The notes under the pieces are model-generated. The model did no database searches and was not told where the DNA came from. It worked only from the letters and a program-made list of their open reading frames with translations. The position numbers and the translations under genes are program-made. DNA of 64,000 bases, taken from Patescibacteria group bacterium. GTDB lineage: Bacteria; Patescibacteriota; Patescibacteriia; UBA9934. The stretch covers positions 145,852 through 209,851 of the forward strand of contig JBBTSM010000002.1 in assembly GCA_038064675.1 (NCBI GenBank), given 5' to 3'. Shown in pieces: positions 56,942-64,000 of the stretch (the stretch's first letter is position 1; each line of letters opens with the position of its first letter).

Positions 56942-58063
56942 GTGGAGCGATCATTGCGCATCGCTATTGTTACTCCAGTCTATCCGCCATACCGCGGCGG
57001 CATTGGGACAGTTGCGGATCACGATGCGCGGTGTTTGCGAGCGCTTGGCCAGACTGTCGATGTCTTTACTCCGACGCATAATGTTCCCACGAAGGCCGAG
57101 GCGGGAATTACCCGGCTTCAGCCGTTTTATGCGTGGGGGAACGGCGCGGTGCTCCTCGATCTCGTGAGGAAGCTGCGAGGATACGACATTGTGCATCTCC
57201 ATTATCCTTTTTTTGGAAGCGATATTCTTGCAGCATTTGCGGCGAAGCTGTGGAGCATCCCACTCGTCGCGACGTATCACATGCGTCCAAAAGCATCGGG
57301 AATTCTCGGGTTTACGTTTCGCGCGTACCGATTCGTTCTTGAGCGATTTGTTTTTCAATCGGCAAAAGTGCTTTTAGTGAGTTCAAAAGAATACGCACAG
57401 GAACACGGCGTGCGCCATAGGAATATCGAAGCGCTTCCATTCGGGATCGATACGGAGCGATTCGTGCCGGGTGATCGAATCGCTGCTCGGAAAACTTTTG
57501 GGTTGAAAGAAGATATTCCAACAATCCTTTTTGTTGGCGGACTCGATCGTGCGCACTATTTTAAAGGCGTCGACGTGTTGCTCTCTGCATGTTCCGCGAT
57601 GACGATGCCGTGGCAGCTCCTCGTTGTTGGCGACGGGAACAATCGAAAGACGTTCGAGGCGCTTGCTGCTGATCTCGGTATCGCCGATCGTGTGCGTTTT
57701 GCTGGTTCGGTTCCGTTTGAGGACTTACCACGTGCATATCAGGCGGCAGAAGTTCATGTTCTTCCGTCTATCGATCGATCGGAGGCGTTCGGGCTCGTCA
57801 CGCTCGAGGCGATGTCGAGCGGCGTTCCGAGCATTGTTTCCGATCTTCCCGGCGTTCGATCGTTGATTATTCCTCATGAAACGGGAAGCCTTGTGATTCC
57901 GGGCGATGCCGCTTCGCTCACGAAGGCGCTCGATCAATATTGTGGTGACGAAAACTTCGCAAAGCACTGCGGAGAACATGCACGAATTCGCGCTTGTGCA
58001 CTTTACGACGAGCGCATTCTTGCGAAACGTCTCGTTGAGGTATACAACAGATGCATCGTATGA
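56942..58063 (+). CDS. Family 4 glycosyltransferase (GT4).
   Basis: 'LRIAIVTPVYPPYRGGIG...' and a C-terminal 'LPSIDRSEAFGLVTLEAMSSGVPSI'. A GTG at 56942 is proposed as the start; the listed ORF begins at a TTG at 56906. Confidence 0.75.
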   Translation: MERSLRIAIVTPVYPPYRGGIGTVADHDARCLRALGQTVDVFTPTHNVPTKAEAGITRLQPFYAWGNGAVLLDLVRKLRGYDIVHLHYPFFGSDILAAFAAKLWSIPLVATYHMRPKASGILGFTFRAYRFVLERFVFQSAKVLLVSSKEYAQEHGVRHRNIEALPFGIDTERFVPGDRIAARKTFGLKEDIPTILFVGGLDRAHYFKGVDVLLSACSAMTMPWQLLVVGDGNNRKTFEALAADLGIADRVRFAGSVPFEDLPRAYQAAEVHVLPSIDRSEAFGLVTLEAMSSGVPSIVSDLPGVRSLIIPHETGSLVIPGDAASLTKALDQYCGDENFAKHCGEHARIRACALYDERILAKRLVEVYNRCIV

Positions 58064-59274
58064 AAATTGGAATCGTCACCAATCTCTATCCACCGCATGC
58101 ACGTGGCGGTGCAGAAAACGTCATTGTCCGCACGGTTGAGCAGCTTTTAGGCATGGGGCATGATATTTTTATCATTACCGGCCAGCCAAAGGAGAAAGGC
58201 GTTGGTATTTCCGTTGGGCAAATGAGTGTTGAGCGCGTGTATCGGTTTTTTCCAAAAAACGTGTATTTTACCATCGACGATTATAAACATTCCTGGCCTG
58301 TACGCTTGCTTTGGCACATCATCGACGCATTCTCATTCAGTGGGAGTTCAGCGGTTTCGGAGATTCTTGCAGACGAGAAGCCTGATGTTGTCGTAACTCA
58401 TAACCTGAAAGGCATCGGCTTGCGAATTCCTGGGGCGATTCAGGCAATGAACATTCCGCACGTGCATATCATGCACGACTTGCAACTCGTTATTCCTTCC
58501 GGACTTCGAATGTTCGGACAGGAAAAGGAGCCATGGTATTCAAAGCCTGGATATATCATCTACCGAGCAATTTGTCGTGCTCGGCTCGGTAAGCCTTCGC
58601 TAGTCATCTCTCCTTCACAATTTCTTATCGATGAATATAAGAAGGTTGGATATTTTAAGAATGCCGATGTTCGATTCGTCCCAAATCCATCGCCAAAACC
58701 TTCCGATGTTCTTCGCGATCCGCATCGTTCCGGCCCACTGCGACTCTTGTTTATTGGACAGTTGGGGTATCACAAAGGCCTGGCGTTTTTACTCGACGCG
58801 TTTTCAAAGTACGAAGGTGATGCGCGATTACAAATCGTTGGTGGCGGTCCGCTAAGGGCTTTGGTCGAGGAACGCGCCCAGCACGATAAGCGTATTGTGT
58901 ATTTGGGATACACGCCGCAGGAGGAGGTGATGAAATGTATTGCTGCGGTGGACGCAGTGGTGGTTCCAAGCCTGTGCTATGAGAATTCTCCAACCGTGAT
59001 TTACGAAGCGTTGTCGGCAGGTATTCCGTTGATTGCATCAAGGATTGGCGGTGTTGGTGAATTGATCCAAGATGGGAAAACGGGTTTGCTTTTCACGCCT
59101 GGCGATGAATCCGATGTGTTGCGTGCTATCCGAAGAATGGACGCCGAAAAGGATGCGTATGCGACTCGTGGAGAAGTCATGCGAGAGAGTATCGCTCCGT
59201 ACGTCCTCTCAAAATATGCAGAACGATTCGTCGAGCTTCTTACTGAGGCTATTGCGCACTCTCTTCGTTCGTAA
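58060..59274 (+). CDS. Family 4 glycosyltransferase (GT4).
   Basis: 'MKIGIVTNLYPPHARGGAENV...' and a C-terminal 'VPSLCYENSPTVIYEALSAGIPLIA'. Confidence 0.8.
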   Translation: MKIGIVTNLYPPHARGGAENVIVRTVEQLLGMGHDIFIITGQPKEKGVGISVGQMSVERVYRFFPKNVYFTIDDYKHSWPVRLLWHIIDAFSFSGSSAVSEILADEKPDVVVTHNLKGIGLRIPGAIQAMNIPHVHIMHDLQLVIPSGLRMFGQEKEPWYSKPGYIIYRAICRARLGKPSLVISPSQFLIDEYKKVGYFKNADVRFVPNPSPKPSDVLRDPHRSGPLRLLFIGQLGYHKGLAFLLDAFSKYEGDARLQIVGGGPLRALVEERAQHDKRIVYLGYTPQEEVMKCIAAVDAVVVPSLCYENSPTVIYEALSAGIPLIASRIGGVGELIQDGKTGLLFTPGDESDVLRAIRRMDAEKDAYATRGEVMRESIAPYVLSKYAERFVELLTEAIAHSLRS

Positions 59275-61255
59275 AGATAAACACCGTTGTTTTTCCGCCA
59301 TCAACAGCAAACCAGTCGTCGGTTTGCTGTTTTGCGTTTTCAATAATGGCATCGCTCTTCCACCAATAATCGCTTACGACGAAATACGCCTTTGGAACGC
59401 CGGCGAGAGCCATTGCTGAGCCCACCGTTTCCTTCGTGGGTGCGGTGTTGACCATGGAAAGATATGACTGGTAGAGCGCTCCTCCTGTTGGAATCGGGTA
59501 ATAGAAGATATCGGTGTGATAGTACTTTCGGAACCCAAATTCTTGGAGCGCGGCTGCAGCGGTTGCTTGATTAGAAAGCACGATGTAATCTGCGTTATCG
59601 GCCTCGCGTTGGTGGATGGCGTATACCGTATCGAAGTCGGCTTGACTCACATTGAATGCGGCGGAACGAACGTAGCCATCGTGGCGAGGATATAGACCGT
59701 AGACTGTTGCTGTACTCACAATGAAAAGCGCAACGAATGCAGCAGCAGATCGAGATCGCGAGGAATAGCCTGCGTAATCGACGATCGTTCGAATCGTTTC
59801 ATCTGCAATCGGAAGCGCAAAAATTGTTGCGAGCAGCAAAAGGCGAAGCGCAAAGTCTTGGCGTTCGTAGTTGATGAGATATGAGAAATCGATTCCCAGT
59901 GAGACGATGATGAACGAGACGAAGAGACTCATCATCAAGATTCCTGAATCATTTGTTGACGGAGTTTTTGATCGGCGACGCATGATTATGCCAGCGAGAC
60001 CAAGGACGAGAATGATGGATGAAAGGTTCCCAACAACGAGGTACATCCCATCGAGCCATGTACTGCCGTGAGAGAAGAGAAATCCGGAGAGCGGAAGCTC
60101 ATTGAGTTTCCAAAGGTTGCTCAAAGAAAAAGATACTGGCGCGTGGCTGATGACGGCCTGTGCAGCGAACATCATTGGCAGCGCGAGGGCCGCGCCAATT
60201 GTGAGAAGCGATCGCGCGGCTGTTTTTATCACTGACGGATTCCAAGTGCGTGTTGCGCAGAACGCCACAAAGAAACATGCTGGAACTCCGGCAATCGGGT
60301 GCGTGATGAGCGCTGCGAGTGCAAAGATGGACGGTGCAACGAGATCGCGATATCGGGTGATGGCCTTTGGAACGGTTACGATTGTGAGGATAGTAAAAAG
60401 ATACGCCAACGATTGTGGCGTTGTTGTTACAAAATTGCTTAAGGCGATGAGGAGAATGGCAATGCCGATTGGGAGTCGGCGTGCAGCGATTGTGAGTGTT
60501 ATTGCCGCAATCAGCGGCACGAGGAATGCATCGATGACAGCGATGGGAATTCCACCAAGAATATTTCCAAAAAGTTCAATCGCGTACTCGCCAATGTAGT
60601 ACAGCGGCTTTGGCGTAATTGTTCCATGCTCGGCAATGTGTGCGATTGTTGCGCGGTGAAGAAACGGATCGAAGCCATAGCCGAGTGGGAAGAGCGCAGT
60701 TGCTGATGCGAAGATCGAAAAGAGTGTGGCAAAAAGCGCGAGGGATCCGAAGAGCTTGGCTTCACGATGCAGAAGAACGAAGCTTGCGACAAGCGCTACC
60801 GCTGGGGCGATGATGCTGATTGGTGAAAGAACGAGCCATGGGGATCGAGCTGCGGCCGCGATTGGTGTAGAAAGAATCGCCTGCCACCAGGCTGCAAGAG
60901 AAATGACAGTGACGAGGAGAAGGGCGGCGGTTTGACCTCGATGTTCTCCGAGGAGTGTTTGAGGAGGGCTCTGCACCACCTGCGACCGCCATCGTCGCGT
61001 CGCGTATACGATTCCGCCGATCGTGGCGATTGCAGCGGCTCCGAGCGTCAGAACATTCACGGATGTGAGGTAATAAACCGCGGAACCGGAAAGAGAGAAA
61101 CACGCTACGGCGAGAAGGACACCAATCGCGGTTGAGAGGCCTTTCGTTTCGTTGGGGAAGAGCGTTGCACCAATTCTGCGGCCAAGAACCGTCAAAAGGC
61201 CAAAGATGAGGACTAAGCTCAAGAAAATGACAGCCATAGCGTATACTGTAATCAA
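59249..61255 (-). CDS. Large polytopic membrane protein (668 aa), possibly a GT-C-type or polysaccharide-associated membrane protein.
   Basis: About twelve transmembrane segments are followed by a ~200-aa soluble C-terminal domain. It lies within the glycan locus. Confidence 0.5.
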   Translation of the reverse strand: MITVYAMAVIFLSLVLIFGLLTVLGRRIGATLFPNETKGLSTAIGVLLAVACFSLSGSAVYYLTSVNVLTLGAAAIATIGGIVYATRRWRSQVVQSPPQTLLGEHRGQTAALLLVTVISLAAWWQAILSTPIAAAARSPWLVLSPISIIAPAVALVASFVLLHREAKLFGSLALFATLFSIFASATALFPLGYGFDPFLHRATIAHIAEHGTITPKPLYYIGEYAIELFGNILGGIPIAVIDAFLVPLIAAITLTIAARRLPIGIAILLIALSNFVTTTPQSLAYLFTILTIVTVPKAITRYRDLVAPSIFALAALITHPIAGVPACFFVAFCATRTWNPSVIKTAARSLLTIGAALALPMMFAAQAVISHAPVSFSLSNLWKLNELPLSGFLFSHGSTWLDGMYLVVGNLSSIILVLGLAGIIMRRRSKTPSTNDSGILMMSLFVSFIIVSLGIDFSYLINYERQDFALRLLLLATIFALPIADETIRTIVDYAGYSSRSRSAAAFVALFIVSTATVYGLYPRHDGYVRSAAFNVSQADFDTVYAIHQREADNADYIVLSNQATAAAALQEFGFRKYYHTDIFYYPIPTGGALYQSYLSMVNTAPTKETVGSAMALAGVPKAYFVVSDYWWKSDAIIENAKQQTDDWFAVDGGKTTVFIFTNEESAQ

Positions 61256-61279
61256 TTATCCTCATGGTACACGTTTCGC

Positions 61280-61867
61280 TTGCTTATGTCTCAGCGAGGT
61301 TTTGCAAAGCTCTATCCGCATGATCACGTCATGCGATATACGTTCGTTCCCCTGGTTCCGCGATGGATGACGCCAAACCACATCACGCTGTTCCGCATGG
61401 TTTTGACGCCGTTTGTGGTGTGGATTTTGTTTCTTGGGGACTACGCGTTGGGCATTCCGCTCTTTGTGCTTGCAGCGTTTACGGACATGCTCGACGGTTC
61501 TGTTGCGCGATTGCGGCATCAAATTACTCCGTGGGGAATATTCTTCGATCCCGTTGCCGACAAAATGCTGGTTGGCGGAGTTGCGCTCACGGTTGCATTG
61601 AAATATTTCCATCCCGTTCTTGTGTTCGTCGCTATTGCTCTGGACTTGCTTCCGGCGCTCGTCTTTCTCTCACGAAAAAATCCCGGCGGCGAGATGATGA
61701 AGGCGAATGTGTGGGGAAAGGTGAAGATGGTGCTGCAGTTTTTTGCGCTTACTGCGCTCCTTTTTGGAATATTCGTCGGGTCATCGGGACTGATTACTGC
61801 GGGTGAGGTTATTTTGGGAATTTCTTTGGGATTTGCGCTTATCGCTGCAGTCACGTATTCATTGTAG
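61280..61867 (+). CDS. CDP-alcohol phosphatidyltransferase family protein.
   Basis: 'DMLDGSVARLRHQITPWGIFFDPVADKM' matches the D-G-x2-A-R-x8-G-x3-D-x3-D motif. Confidence 0.8.
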   Translation: MLMSQRGFAKLYPHDHVMRYTFVPLVPRWMTPNHITLFRMVLTPFVVWILFLGDYALGIPLFVLAAFTDMLDGSVARLRHQITPWGIFFDPVADKMLVGGVALTVALKYFHPVLVFVAIALDLLPALVFLSRKNPGGEMMKANVWGKVKMVLQFFALTALLFGIFVGSSGLITAGEVILGISLGFALIAAVTYSL

Positions 61868-61870
61868 CGT

Positions 61871-63457
61871 ATGAATACTCGTTTTCGGTGGGCATTGCGC
61901 GTTGTAGCACTTGGCGCCGTTTTGATAACGATGACCTGGTTGACGGTGGGAACTCAAGGGGTTTTTGCGTCGCCAGACGAAAGCGCGAACGCTTTTTTTG
62001 CTCGAACGTTTGCGGAAACGGGATCGATGGTGGCATCCGAACCGTTGAACGCTGTTGCGCAGGGCGTTATCCATCCGCGATCAATGATCGCCCCGGGCAC
62101 CGCGATTCTTCCAACAAGTTTTCTGGGATTCCCGTTTGTCTCCGGCGGTCTCCGATACATTTTTGGAGAATTCATTCAGTATTTCTTTACGCCGATTATT
62201 GCTGCGCTCGCCATTGCGGCGCTGTGGTGGACGGTTCGTAAGCTGAGTAATAATGAGTTGCTCGCAGACTGTTCAGCATTCTTCGCGCTGATTCATCCGG
62301 CATTTTGGTACTACGGCGCGCGAGTGATGATGCCGAACGTTGCCTTTGTTTCGATGCTGATGGTCGGCGTTGCTGCGTTTGTTCTTGCATGTTCGAAACG
62401 ATCGAGCATCATTGGGTTCATTGCAGGTTTGATTTTTGCGACTGGCTTAACGATGCGCCTCGTCGAAGCACCAATGATGATGGCCGTTGTCGCCGTCGTT
62501 CTCGTCGCGTACCGAAAATCGTTGCCGTGGAAAGTGTTGTGTGGCGTTGCGATTGGTGGTGCGATTGTTCTCGGCGCGTACCTTGTTGGGAACTCTGCAC
62601 TCTACGGATCTGCATTGACGACGGGATACACACTACCGGATGCCCGATCGACTACAGACGCGGTTGTGGCGATTTCGCCGATTGCCTCTATCGGTCATTT
62701 ACTCCTTCCATTCGGATTCCATCCTCGCGCAATGGTGACGAACGTGTTTCATTACGGCTGGTGGTTGTATCCGGTTTCATCGACACTCGCCGTTATCGGT
62801 GCGTGGTTTGCGTGGACAGCAAAAGAACATCGAAAGGCATGGCGGACGTTTGTGGTATGTCTTGGTGTTGCTGCGGTTTGGATGGCGGTGGTATACGGAA
62901 GCTGGTCTGTTGCTGATAATCCGGATCCGAAAGCGATCACCATCGGCAATTCACATGTTCGATATTGGCTGCCGCTGTTCTTTGCTTCCAGTGTTCTTGT
63001 TGCGCTCGGCGTTCTTCGTATTCGAAAGAAGATGACGCACGGCCTCAAATCGACCGTTGGATCAATCATGCTCGTCGTGATTATTGCAACCTTGAGCGCA
63101 CAAACGGTGTTCTTAGGCTCCGATGGGCTTATTGCTGCCCGTGCTGCGGCAATCGCGTCCATCGAGAAACGCGCTGGAGTTCTTGCAGATACTGAGTACA
63201 ACGCCGTTGTTATCGTCGATCGTGCGGATAAATATCTTTTCCCGTATCGTCGGGTTATTGTTCCATTGCGGTCGGATTCTACGTACGCTGCAATGCCGAT
63301 GCTCGCGCCAATCGTTCCGCTCTATTACTTTGGTATTACATTCCCGCAGTCCGATCTTGAATACTTAAACAGCGAAAAGCTCGGTGCGATGGGGCTATCG
63401 ATTTCCCCGGTTGTAACGATTCAGGACGAGACGTTGTATCGAATTCAATTGAAATAG
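61871..63457 (+). CDS. GT-C superfamily (ArnT/PMT-like) membrane glycosyltransferase.
   Basis: An N-terminal 'SPDE' (DE motif) in the first loop, about eleven transmembrane segments, and a C-terminal soluble domain. Confidence 0.55.
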   Translation: MNTRFRWALRVVALGAVLITMTWLTVGTQGVFASPDESANAFFARTFAETGSMVASEPLNAVAQGVIHPRSMIAPGTAILPTSFLGFPFVSGGLRYIFGEFIQYFFTPIIAALAIAALWWTVRKLSNNELLADCSAFFALIHPAFWYYGARVMMPNVAFVSMLMVGVAAFVLACSKRSSIIGFIAGLIFATGLTMRLVEAPMMMAVVAVVLVAYRKSLPWKVLCGVAIGGAIVLGAYLVGNSALYGSALTTGYTLPDARSTTDAVVAISPIASIGHLLLPFGFHPRAMVTNVFHYGWWLYPVSSTLAVIGAWFAWTAKEHRKAWRTFVVCLGVAAVWMAVVYGSWSVADNPDPKAITIGNSHVRYWLPLFFASSVLVALGVLRIRKKMTHGLKSTVGSIMLVVIIATLSAQTVFLGSDGLIAARAAAIASIEKRAGVLADTEYNAVVIVDRADKYLFPYRRVIVPLRSDSTYAAMPMLAPIVPLYYFGITFPQSDLEYLNSEKLGAMGLSISPVVTIQDETLYRIQLK

Positions 63458-63502
63458 CCTGTTATTATTGATCCAAGTGTTAAAGCTTAGCTTTGCCAGA
63501 TT

Positions 63503-64000
63503 GTGAAGAATACGATTGCAAAATCTCTCATTGTCTTCGCGGCGTTGTTGCCGTTCATTTGGCTTTCATTGCTTTCGTCGTCACCGAGTGGGGAGCGGTC
63601 GGTTTCGTGGATCCCGGGATCGTTATCGCCGTTTGTACAGTCGCCGTTACCCGCCGAACGCGTCTCCGGGGCTCAAGATTCCGATCGCGGTGCATACGTT
63701 TCTATTGAGAGCGAACCGGTATATTTCTCCGTCTTTCCGCCGTCGGATGATTTTACGAGCGCAGAGGTTTCTTTGGAATTTGATCCGCACGATGCGTTTG
63801 CGGTGGAGCTCGGAGGCATGACGAATCTTGCGGCGTACGCATTCGACTTCCGCGCACTGTCGAATGCAAAGCTCGAGAACCTCTCATGGAATATTCTTCC
63901 GAACGCTGATTCGGAATCGGCGCTTACCGTATTCGCGAAAGACGACGTGAAGGCTGCTGTTCAAGACTTTGTGCTCCATCAGCCGGCTCGAACCGCTGTG
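63503..64000 (+). CDS. Partial secreted or membrane-anchored protein (3' end outside the window).
   Basis: Manual translation from the GTG at 63503 gives VKNTIAKSLIVFAALLPFIWLSLLSS... and stays open to the window end. Confidence 0.35.
   Translation, partial: MKNTIAKSLIVFAALLPFIWLSLLSSSPSGERSVSWIPGSLSPFVQSPLPAERVSGAQDSDRGAYVSIESEPVYFSVFPPSDDFTSAEVSLEFDPHDAFAVELGGMTNLAAYAFDFRALSNAKLENLSWNILPNADSESALTVFAKDDVKAAVQDFVLHQPARTAV

Overview
This 64-kb window looks like a low-to-moderate-GC bacterial chromosome, possibly from a CPR/Patescibacteria-like organism. That guess rests on the large surface protein, the many small genes and the glycosyltransferase-rich locus.

Main regions, left to right:
- Housekeeping start: the FtsZ C-terminus, nrdR, pyruvate kinase, a cupredoxin lipoprotein and a class A beta-lactamase-like hydrolase.
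- Integrated island at tRNA-Asp(GTC), 5175-5251: a tyrosine integrase plus Xis-like HTH. Its far end is marked by a 25-bp copy of the tRNA 3' end at 13422-13446.
- Island cargo (AT-rich):
  - An unusual ~310-bp array of nine ~35-bp units, each with a unit-specific doubled GG-word separated by an A-tract.
  - A structured hairpin plus intrinsic terminator that abuts a four-gene operon.
  - The operon itself: two small membrane proteins, an acidic protein, and a 665-aa GHKL (MORC-like) ATPase fused to a PD-(D/E)xK nuclease. This is the best candidate for an undescribed defence system.
- Two further cassettes after the att repeat, each ending in a terminator hairpin:
  - A SIR2-HerA defence pair.
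  - A HAD hydrolase flanked by 37-bp direct repeats.
- Downstream core and accessory genes: a MacAB-like efflux operon with a two-component system, TspO, a VOC-family protein, infC-rpmI-rplT, tmRNA convergent with smpB, and an AI-2E transporter.
- Two high-GC (~65-70%) segments (26.4-27.1 kb and 34.2-39.8 kb):
  - They encode secreted proteins, including MopE-like Cys/Asp repeat lipoproteins.
  - These genes sit behind consensus AT-rich sigma70 promoters; two of them share a duplicated ~150-nt leader.
- A large cell-envelope and glycan locus: O-antigen-ligase-like protein, GT4/GT2/GT-C glycosyltransferases, a UXS-like epimerase, CDP-alcohol phosphatidyltransferase, an ECF sigma factor, a 1343-aa surface protein and an S8 peptidase.
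- A ~100-bp palindromic MITE-like repeat family in at least seven intergenic copies.
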